Source of the DNA: Phoronis australis
Lineage: Eukaryota; Animalia; Phoronida
Length of the DNA stretch: 64,000 bases
Direction: 5' to 3'
Assembly: GCA_002633005.1 (NCBI GenBank)
Contig: NMRA01000406.1
Span: 128,862 to 192,861, forward strand
Positions 39,301 to 51,300 of the stretch are shown here, one piece after another. Position 1 is the stretch's first letter. Each line of letters starts with the position of its first letter. The position numbers were made by a program, and so were the translations under genes. The notes under the pieces are model-generated. The model did not search any database. It saw only the letters and a program-made list of their open reading frames with translations, and had not been told where the DNA came from.

Positions 39301-42300
39301 CTCCTTAAACTTGTACTCCTTAACCTGAGCTTGTAGCGCCCTCTCTGAAGCCGCAAGTTCATTGAGTGTTTCTTCAAGTTCGTCTACTCTGTCTTGCAGT
39401 GAGTCCACTTGACTGTACAGACTCTCTTCTGTTAATTCAAACCTGAACAATTAAGAAAACAAGAGTCAGTTGACACAGATGTGCCACATTGATTGAGCAA
39501 CAATACAGAATATTTATCCTGTTCACATGAATATTTTGTCAGGATAATGTTCATAGATATTGTCATGTATTACTTTCAAACAAGGTAGAAAATAAATCTG
39601 AAACTAAATGAGGCGATCCAAACAAGCAAATACCAAGTGTCTTCAAACAGAATCAGGACCTGTGACAATGATGCCATAAAACACGAAAAATAAAATTTGA
39701 GATCTAGCAACATCTACACTCCAGACAACGAAATTTGAAGTTTTCCAGTAACAGAGGTGTGAAAAAGGTCATTCATTACTTGTCATCTGTGGATTTTTCA
39801 AATAAAAAAGTACAAGGTATCCACCTAAATAAATCAAATTCTATTTTCTCATACTAAAAAGATTGTACTGTATATCAATTGCTTTTTGAAGAATGCCATG
39901 TGACAATCTTGGAATTTGCGAGTAATTTCGCTACTGTATAATACTGCAACCAAACGGCCAAACTATGATGCAACCAAGTGGTTACACTAAGATACTGCAA
40001 TCGTGTGACTATACTATGATACTGCAGCCATGCAGTAGCCAGACTAGATTACCTATCTACTTGTTCCTGTAGTATTTTCTCGGCCAACATCAGTTCACGT
40101 ATTTTGACGTTCAAGTCATGGATGGTACTCTTGTCCTTCCTGGCTATTTCATGTAGTTCCTCTCTATCATGTTCTAAATCAGAGATCTGTAGGCAAGACA
40201 CACACAGTTGTTAGTTCCATGTAGTTTCAACACACGATTCTTGAAAAACACATTTTCATTAAATAAGGGTTTGAAACACTGATGAAATTCGACACTTTCT
40301 TACAGAAAGGTGTTTTTAAGCTGGGATCTTGAGCGTAGAATCTTTTACGATTTTTTGGTGAATGGCATTGTATTCCACACAATTATTGAACCACCATAGA
40401 GTTAAATCAACACGTTGATGTGACATTATCATTTTGCATACCATGAGGAGTGCAAGTCTCATGAATTTTGTAAAAAATAACAGTCCCAATCGTAAATGAA
40501 CCGACGACCATTCAGTAATAGTACAGCTGACCTGATGCCGTAGATGTTTCTCCATTTTCTCCATCTCAATCATCTGCTGACGCAGGATGTCTTCAGGCCC
40601 GTCCAACATGGCGTCTGTCAGTCGACTCTGCTCCCGTTCCTGAGTCTCAAGGATTTCAATCTTCCTCTGTAATGCTCGCTCTGTCCGTTCTAGTGTGCCA
40701 ATACGCTCAACAAGTTCCTCGTAGTGGTACTGCTTCAACTCATCCAACTGTAAAGGAAAATGTTTGGGGCATGAAAAACCCTTTGCAAATCAGCATGTCC
40801 CTTAGATCAATAAGGAAACAAAAACAGAAACCAGACCTAATTCCTTAACGAGTCAAAGTGCAACAGTTCTCAAATTCATTTCAGTAAATAGTTAACTTCA
40901 CATTAGACAAAACCAATTAATCAATTTAATTCCTCGAATAGACTTCATCAAAGTTACGATTGATGTAACACAAAGGAATAATCAACCTCCGTAAGTTCAG
41001 TGAACTTTGGTTTTTGACCTCACCTTCTCCTGCAGTAACTTCTCCGAGTGTTCCAGCTCCTGAATGCGGGTCAAGTGTTCTTCAACCTTCTCACGATGTG
41101 CCTGCTCTAGATCTCTCAGAGCTGACGTACTGAAATCTTGCACGGTTCCTCCTGACTTTGTGACCTCCGCCAGACGCTGTTGAAGAACTGTCTCTGTGTC
41201 TTCAGAAACCTTCAGTTGACTTTGTAGGCGTTTTTCAGAACCCTCAAGTTCTAAGATACGTTCCAAAAGTTTGTCAACCTCTGACGATTCTTTACCAGTA
41301 TCACCAGCATGATCTCGGAATCTAGAAATTATAGAAAAAGAGCCTGTACTACCGTCACACTCTCTCAAGCAATTTTGACACTTAAAAAACATATCACTAA
41401 CACAATAATGAAGTGCTTGACAGTCAAGTTGAATCTGGCACATAACGATAGGAATGATAGGAAGGATGAAAAATGGGAAGGACAGGGTCGATAAAGAAGC
41501 GTCTTAGTTTGACACCTTTACAACTTCCAGTGAATGTCAGCTTCTGACGCGGACATTATTAACAATACCACAGCCAAACTGTATAGCACGAGGGTCAGAC
41601 TGTACATTTTCATTGCTGACATGAACCTATTTCAAATGTTCAAAATCTAATTTTCTAGTGTTTCGTGTGGGTGTTCATCTACAGTGATGTGATGGCAAAG
41701 GGGACACAATTCTTGCATTTGTCCAATGACATTCAGTAGCACGACGTAGAATGAACAAAAATTGTCCACCATTCCAACCACAACCCTGTCCTTCCCATTT
41801 CTCATTCGTCTTTTCAATTTTTTGTGTCCTTTCTTCCCATCAATAAGTCCTAGCTTCACATTGGATGATAAACCCTAGGACAAGAAGAAAAAAATCGGAG
41901 CTAAATGATGGGAGATATTTGAATGAGAATGCCAGTGTTTCTGAATGGACGCCTGTGAAGACTGAGGATAGCCAAAAGATAAGAAATATAATATGGAGAT
42001 TTTAAAATTAAAAAAATGAAGAAAATTCAACTACTGCAGAACACAAGTGACTTGATTTAAAAAAACATCCTTTCAATTCACACAGCCTACAGTAAAATCT
42101 TGCCAGTTTCAGACAAAACTAAACGCCAAAGTTGTCTACTTTCAGTTTTCAAGTATATCTAACACTGATGAGAATATAAAATAGTAAAAATTATAAAACC
42201 GAAACGGTATGTAAACAAGACAGGCAAACTACAGTATTACAAAAATACTAACAAGACATAAATCACAACAAGAACAATGCGGAGTGAAGATTATGTACCC

Positions 42301-45300
42301 ATCGTTAGCATCGCATACACTGCAAAAACGAGAGATGATCTCTTTATAAACATTCCCACTAAAGTGAGCATTGCCCGAAAGTTTAATAATAGCCTCGAGG
42401 GAGTGCAAGTAAGTCAGAAATNTTCCAGTGAATGTCAGCTTCTGAAACGGATATTATTAACAATACCACAGCCAAACTGTATAGCATGAGGGTCAGACTG
42501 TACATTTTCAGTGCTGACATGAACCTATGCCAGTGTTTCTGAATGGACGCCTGTGAAGACTGAGGATAGCCAAAAGACAAGAAATATAATATGGAGATTT
42601 TAAAATCAAAAAAATGAAGAAAATTCAACTACTGCAGAACACAAGTGACTTGATTTAAAAAAACATCCTTTCAATTCACACAGCCTACAGTAAAATCTTG
42701 CCAGTTTCAGACAAAACTAAACGCCAAAGTTGTCTACTTTCAGTTTTCAAGTATATCTAACACTGATGAGAATATAAAATAGTAAAAATTATAAAACTGA
42801 AACGGTATGTAAACAAGACAGGCAAACTACAGTATTACAAAAATACTAACAAGACATAAATCACAACAAGAACAATGCGGAGTGAAGATTATGTACCCAT
42901 CGTTAGCATCGCATACACTGCAAAAACGAGAGATGATCTCTTTATAAACATTCCCACTAAAGTGAGCATTGCCCGAAAGTTTAATAATAGCCTCGAGGGA
43001 GTGCAAGTAAGTCAGAAATCCTCCCTCAATGGGAACACACCCATCACTTTTCACCATGATTCGTTAACAAAAATCATAAAAATATGTTAATAAAATATCA
43101 AACCTGACCATGACAACAATCCCATTGTCCTTTCAGTAAATCTGGCTAAGTACTTACTCCTATCAAGTGAGTTATGGACAGGCATGTCATTGTCAAAGTA
43201 GGCTGTGAATAATTGAACAGCTTTGAAACTGTCATTAATTTTACACTACTGTAGATCTATATATACCAAAGCAGGTCACACCAGAGATTAATTAAGCAGA
43301 ATCAGATAGTGGTAAGCAACTCAGTGGAAATTTCAACAACCTAACTGTCTCATTCATTATTTAACAAATCACCAAATGATTGCCAAAATTTCACCATCAA
43401 CTTGATATTACCAACAAAAAATCATTAAAAATAACTTTGTTTAGCCTCGCTTGCAGTTGCATCTGCATCAGTAACATGACATTTTAGGCTAGTGAGTAGT
43501 TTCTGTCACTTTGTTGGAAATAGCACTTGCAAAATCTCATGGCAGGCTTAAAGTTAAAATAATTCCCAAGTGATATAATATCTGACACACAACTAGTGTC
43601 AAAGAAATTAAGCACTTAAATAATGACATATTATTGTCAGAGGAAAGCTAGACAGCCAGAACTATTGAGATTGAGCGAGTCCATCTCTGGAATAGTGAGA
43701 CAATACACTGTACTATTATGTTGGCTAGACAAGAAGGAGCTCATCTCCAGTATAGTATAAACCATTCATTATAGTCAGACCAACCAGCTAATAGCTCATT
43801 AGTAAGAGGGAGGCTAGATGGCTAAAATGACTGAGGGAGCCTATCTCACATACTGAGACCATTGATTACCAGTGCTATGTTATAACCTGCATCTGAATAT
43901 ATGTCAATACAACAGCTATACTCATGTAAAACATGTCTACATACTCACATCACATCCACATGGCTCAGACAATCAATAACCAAACAAATGCCTAAAAGCT
44001 CTCAAGACTTTCTTTCATAATTCCCAGCCAAGATGACTTGAGACATGCCGGTTGTAAATACAACCTCACCACTTCACAGCCACATTTCACAGCACCAACA
44101 CAGGTATGCCAGTAAAATAGAAAAACTCCACCACATTGAGATCAGATCAGCATTGTACTACCCACCAATACTGTTACTTGAACTAAAAACCAATAGAATG
44201 TGGGATAACAATAAATCAAAGCCAGTCTATCAACATGAACTGGATAATCATTTACTGGAGGACAATGAAAGGTTTAGACCTGCCTAAGACTCTTTTGATA
44301 ACTCCTTTAGTAAATAGATTGTTTATTTTTCTAATACTTGTACTGCAGCAGTTGAATACCTTATGGACAATAAGTACACATAACAATCAAGTATAAGAAC
44401 ATGGCCAGCAGCAACTTAATTCATAATCTTAATAGTACAGGTACAACAATAAACACTGGAGTTTTTAATAGGAAATCCTTATAAAATATGTAAATGTTAG
44501 TGAATCTTTGCAAATGTTCAAATACAACTAAGCACGATTCCTTGTTATAAAACCAACAAGATTCATAATTATTAATCTATATCTTATATTACAGGGATTA
44601 ACACACTTAAAATCACTATTAAATATGTTTGATAACAACACCAACTTTCCTCACAAACATATTTGCTGTTTCAAAGCAAAGTCTGCATTTTTATCCTTGG
44701 CTTGAACTGAAATGTAGGTTATAATTAATCGCTTGAAACTACATTTAGAAAATTATCTAGAAAACTATTGATTTTAACTCAGTAAAAATACACATATTCT
44801 GAAATTGGAAAGACTGTAGAATTTAATTTTTGACCTTATACCAATCTGTTATTAATTGGGTCATGAGAACAATTTTTGTCTTTTTATTAACATTTAGTGA
44901 AAAAGAAAGCTACATTCATAGCAAAAACAACAATATCGATAACCTGATTAAATTCTTTTTGATATAAATCTTCAAGGTCAGATATCAAAAACCATGTTAC
45001 AATTTTCTAAAAATATCATTTCGTTTTTGCTTTATGAAACTGATTTTTCGGTGAAAATCATAAACGTCATATTTTGATAGCCCCTTATTCAAAAGTGGGG
45101 TATTTCCAAACAAAGTTTCTGAGAACAGTGCATAATCTCATCAGCCATTTCTGAGACATGATTTTCAGAATTAATGGAGTGCCAATCATAAGGAACAGAA
45201 TGAGACCTATTTTGCAACAATTAGTGGCCCAAGTCAATAGCTGTTTTTTTTTTTGAAACAAAGCTTTTTTAATGTTGCACACAAACTTTACTTGATAAGA

Positions 45301-48300
45301 TCATAGAACTAAATACCTGTAACACCAACTTAGATCTCGCGTGACAGAGGTTGCGCCATGCATGCACTTGTTTGCCATGAAATACAGAGTTAAGGGTGGA
45401 ATATGTGTTGAGTATAAACCAAGTTGGTTTGGAAAAGCTGACACCGAAAACTTCTTCCTAACAAATTTCATCTGTATTTTTGTAACGTTTTGTGGTCTAA
45501 TGGAGCCAAACACTGTCAAAAGGTGGATCAACTGCTTGTGAATCTTCAGGAAGTCGACTGTGTGTACGAAAGCTGCCCAGTTAGTAGGCATAACATCAAG
45601 TTAACTAGACTTATTACTTTGTACAATAATTTTAACTTTTCGCAACTCTGCCATCTACAAACTGAATTGCACAAGAGCCATATCATTAGAAACTCCTTCA
45701 TCAGCTCTTGATGAAGTATGATTATACCAGAATCAAATTATGTATACAGTGATTGCAAAGAGGTTTTTCATGGTCTTGGTGAAAGTATGTTGTGAGTGAA
45801 ATCAACTTACTCGTAGACCTTGGAGTTGGAGTTCGAACGTAGGCTACCATGAACCGGGACCAAGGTCTACAACTCCCACCGATATACGACGCTATATTAC
45901 TTCCGGTTAACATAAGGACCGGAAATCAGGATGCCCCGCTACCAGTCATTGAAAAAGAACTATAGAGCAAAGTTCAAAACGTTCGAACTCCAAGGTCTAC
46001 GAGTAAGTTGATTTCACTCACAACATATGTATATAATGTACTTCACAAACAATTATCATTTTGCATACATGACAGGTTCAGAAAATATTATTTTTTCAAT
46101 TCTATATCAAAATGCTATGTTATTAATAATAAAACAATCCTGTACAATATGTCTGATTAATCAAGTAATTAGTCACCTAATTAAGTGTGATGTCAATTAA
46201 TTCAGGGTGTAATAGTATCGTAAAATGAAAATGAACCAGATGACAGCATAAATGACTAAATAAACCAACCAGCAGACAACCTGTGAGACCGTTTATTCTT
46301 TCACCAATCAACACACAATGTGCCAGACCACCATGTCTCTCCACCAATCAACACACAACCTGCCAGACCACCATGTCTCTCCACCAATCAACACACAATC
46401 TGCCAGACCAACATGTCCTGACACCAATCAACACACAATCTGCCAGACCAACATGTCCTTCCACCAATTAACATACAACCTGCCAGACCAGCATATTCCT
46501 CCACCAATCAACACACAATCTGCCATACCAGCATGTCCCTCCACCAATCAACACACAATCTGCCAGACCAGCATGTCCTTACACCAATCAACACACAATC
46601 TGCCAAACCAGCATGTCCCTCCACCAATCAACACACAATCTGCCAGACCACCATGTCCCTCCACCAATCAACACACAATCTGCCAGACCAGCATGTCTCT
46701 CCACCAATCAACACACAATCTGCCAGACCAACATGTCACTCCACCAATCAAAACACAACCTGCCAGACCAGCATGTCCCTGCACCAATCAACAAACAGTT
46801 TGCCAGGCCAGCATGTTCCTCCACCAACCTGTGTCTTCGCTGCACCTCATACAACTCAGTCTCCAGTTGGTCGATATATTCCCGAAACTCTTTCTCAGTG
46901 GTCAACATGGCTGATCTGTTGGCTCTGTCTTTAAACTCCAGCAGACGCAGTTTTTCCTTGAGAGTAGCTTCTGATTTGACAATGGACCGTAGTTTGTCAT
47001 CATAGTCAAAGTTCTGAAAAAAAGGAATAGCTTTGTTTTCTTCACAAACAGATCAGTGAAGTCACTTCATAGAGCATTTGTTTCAAACTCTTCTGCACAC
47101 TTAATACAGCTGAATTCTACAAGATATGATAAGATGTTCAAATGCAGAATACAGAAATTAAGTACATGACAATGGCATGATGGGAAATCAGATTGCTACG
47201 TACCTGGTCAAAAGCATGAGATGCCCGCCTGAAGTCACCCATATCGTGTCCTTCTGACTCCATGAAGTGTACCAGAAGTTCTATTGCCTCCCTGAAGCAT
47301 GCCAGGTGTTTATCTAATTCACTGATCTTTTTCTGTGAGATAAGTTCCACATTACTCATCTCCTCCACCTTCTCAACCAACTCTGTTTGTGTCAATGTCG
47401 ATAGATTTTGGACAGGCGTTGTTGAATGTCCAGCAGCCACACTTGCTGGTGAAACGGGCGGAGCACTTTCAACATGTGATGACAAAGGCTCTACATTTTC
47501 AGAAATGACTTCGTTTCTGGTTGGAGTAGTGACTTGTTTTTCGATCATTTGGTCAGCTTTTGGCATGGTGGATTTAAGTTCAGTTTGAAGGCGATCCACT
47601 TCAGCATTAGATAAAGAAAGATTGGATTCCAGTTTCTTAATCACATTTTGACGTGAGACAGCGTCTGCTTTGAGTTGAATTAATTCATTGTTCATGGAAG
47701 ACACAGTATCTCTAGAAATTTTCTCAGACTCCACAAGCTGCGCCTTTGCAACTGAAAGCTCAGATGTCAACTCCTTTACATGCTCCTCAGCTCTCTCCCA
47801 TTTCTTTTGAATATCAGATAACTCAGCTGACTTCAATTCCAAATGAGATTGTAGCTCCTTCATTTCCTTTTTCAATGCGCTGGTCTCAGCAAGCTCTGAA
47901 TCTTTAGCCTTAAGCTGAGATTCCAACTCGTCATTTCTTTTCTGAAGTGTGTTCACATCTACACCTGTATTAGCATTGACCACAATGGCTGTTGAATCTG
48001 CGGACAACTCTAAATCATTGGTCTCTTCAAAATCACTACAATTCAATTCTGTATCTAACTCCTCAAACTGAGATTCAAGTTCCTCCACTCGCATCTTGTA
48101 ATCATCTCTTTCTTCTACTAATTTCTGCTGCCTCATCTTCAGTCCATTCACTTCTTCCTCTAGATCATTAATAGTGTTCTTGAAAGTGTTTTCTTTGAAA
48201 TCCCACTCTTTTGTTCGCTGTGTGAGTTCAGAATTGGCATTAAGAACCTTCCGCTCAGCCAATTCAGACTCAAATAAGTCAACCTGAGATCTGAGGCCTC

Positions 48301-51300
48301 TAATTTGTTTCTTGTAATCTAATTCGTTCTTCTCCAAATTATCAATTTTCTGCAACAAATTCTGCATCTCCTCATCAGATTCAGAAACAACTTCAACGGC
48401 TTCCATTTGCACTAACTGGGTCTCTACTTTGACATTCAACTCTCCAATGGTTTCTTGCAAGTTACAGATCGTCTCTTGCAGTTTTGCATTTTCTATGACT
48501 TTGTCAGATAACTCTGTGCGACTAAGATCCAAATTTTCTCGAAGGTCTAATAGTTGTTTTTCCAGCTCGCTTCTTTTTTCATTAAAAGCACAAACACTTT
48601 CTTCCATTTCTTGAGTTTTCTTTTCTGGAAAATTGCTATCTTTGTTTACAGCTTCAGCAGCTGAAGTGGATGTCTTATCTAGTCGCATTTGCAAAACAGC
48701 AATTTGTTCCCAAAGAGATTTTGTTTTATCCAAGAAATCTGTCTGAGCTTGAGCAAACTTCTCTTTTTCGGTTCTCAAATCCTCCTCTAATTCAGTTACT
48801 CTGTCAGAGTTCATACAACTGCTATATTTGGCTTGGAGTTCATTGATCAGGGACCTCTGTGCTTCAAACAATTCAGAAATTTTACCTCCTAACACCTCAT
48901 CATCTTCATCAACTTCTTCCAGTTCTAGTCTGTCACAAACTTTCAAAAGCACCAAATGCTGTGAATTGACTTTATCCTGCAAATGCTTCTGCGCATGTTC
49001 GTGTTTTGAGCATTTCTCCATGAGTTCATGTTCAGATTTTTCCAAAGCCAAAATGGTATCACGTGCATTTTGCTTTTCTTGTTCATAAATCTCAATTTCC
49101 TTCTTGTAATTCAAAATAACACTTTCACTTTCTTTCTGCGAGATTTCATACTTTGCAATAGTTGCTCGTAGTTGGTGTTCCACACTTTCTATTTGTTCAA
49201 GCCGGTCCATCAACTTTTGTTCCGTGTCGATCAATATTCCCACTTTTTCTTTCATTGTCTCCAATTCTGCACATTTCTGGCATGCATTTGAAAGGTCCTT
49301 GCCAACTTTCAACCTTGCAATCTCTTCATTCAGCAAAATATTAGTTGATTGTAGTTCCTCCATGCTTGCCTGCTGCTCAATTTCATCTTGCAGGGATTTG
49401 GACGAGACAGTATGTTTACTCTCCAGCTCAGAGCGAAGCTGCATCTCAACAGATTCCAGATCAGCAATTTTATCCATGAGTTTACCTTCGCTATCCAACA
49501 GTATGTCCACCTTGTCACTCAAGTGCTTAATTTTCCTCTCTGACACCTTCTCACCTTCCTCCAGCTGCTTCTTTACCAAGTCACGCTCTCTCTCCACAGT
49601 TTCAAGATCAGCTCGCAACTTGTGTTCCAGAGCTTGCAAGTTCTTGGCTTGTTCACATTTATCATTCTCCAGCTCCCGGATGCTTTCCCGAAGAGAAAAA
49701 TCAGAAAGTTCCAGCTCTTGCAGCCTCATGCTCGACTGTGATTCTAGCAATTCATCGTCGTCATAATGACTCAACTGCTCAGTTAGTTCCTGCTCAGACT
49801 GTTCAAGCTCATAAATGCGAGATATCAGACGTTCTTCATTGGCTTCCAAGGATTTGATTTGATCTTGCAATGCTACAATGTCTGGCATTTGTATAGATTG
49901 CTCTTTGTTGTCACACTTGAAATCAGCAATCTGTTTCTCTAGTGACTCGATATGCTCCAAGTGTTCTTTCTCTCTGACGCTGCACTCCTCAATCTTTTCA
50001 ATAAAACTCAACTCTGCAGCTTCCAGCTCATTCACCTTTATCCTCAGAATTGACAACTGTCCCGCATCATCTCCCCCATGGTCTTCATGAAACTTCAACC
50101 CCCTTTTAAGCTCTGCCTCATTTTCCTCAAGCTCATGAATGGTCTCCGTTAACTTTAGCTCGTTTTCTTTCATCGCCGCTAAATCTTCTTGCAAATGTTC
50201 TATCTTCAACGTCTTTTCATCTAAAGTCTGTGCCAGCTTGTCCGTTTCATGACCAAAATCTGAAATTTGTCTTTTCAGTGATCCAACTGTTCTTTCCGGA
50301 TGTTCTTCCTGAAATTCCTCATTCAATGACTCAAGGAATCTAACCTTCTGCTCCAAACACTCAACTTGGGACTTCAAAATCTCTTCCTTCTCCTCCTTCT
50401 TTTTAATGTTTTGAGTGAGATTATTCTTTACATCTTCACCTTGTGCTTTTTCAATCTCCAGTTCATCAATCCTCTTCTGCAGCTGTTCCTTTGTTGCCTC
50501 CAGTGCCACTAACATCAACTTTGTGTGTTCAACCTCCATTAGGTCTTTGTCCAGAGACTTGTATGAAAGCAATTTTTTCTTCAGCTTTGCCTCGGACTCC
50601 ACAAGTCTAGCATTCTCTTCCTGAGTTTTAGCTTCAGTCATCGCAAGATTCTTTACCTGAAATAAAATGAAAAACAACGATGTCAAAAAAATGACAATCA
50701 GGCTCCACCCGCCAAAATCTCAGCTGCTCCGCTGTTTAAGAATCATAATTTTAGCTCAGCCACTGACAATGTAAGATCAAAAACCTGTCTTGCTATCAAT
50801 TCAGTGGCATGGTAGTATTAATGCTCAAACTGGTTAGCAAGGCAACATCATGGCTTGGAATGCCAAAAGACAAAAATAGGAGTCTTCTATGTGATGAATT
50901 GTTCCACAAATGAATAGGCATGTGTGAAAACTTAAGTAAACGTTTTTGCATGAATAAAGTCAAAATAATGACAAAAAACGAAAAAGAGGAAACTGGAAAT
51001 TCTAAGCCTTGCAACATGAAATAATGTTGTTGTCTTGCTAAACAGTTTAAATCACGCACACATGCACGCACGCACGCATGCAGGCACACATGTTGATCAG
51101 GGTCAGTAATTAGTTCAAGACCTGACCTCAATGAAAGTTGACCACGACTTTCGAAAGTTTGGCAAAAATGTGATTTCATATTGCATTTATAATTTCGGAC
51201 AAAAATAAATGCCAAAAATATCACCTTCTCCACTATTCAAGAGCTTCAAACAATGTCCTGAATGATCACAATTGTTATTGTCTGTTGGTAGCTATGGTAA

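Noticed and set aside
43158-43202. 45 nt candidate micro-exon (cacag|...GGA|gtaagt) on the minus strand
   Set aside because: Cleanly open in phase 1, but the host intron is phase 2, where it gives an immediate TGA; no supporting evidence
46283-47005. Overlapping + strand ORFs with repetitive Cys/His/Pro peptides
   Set aside because: By-product of a 40 bp stop-poor tandem repeat read in three frames, antisense to a real exon
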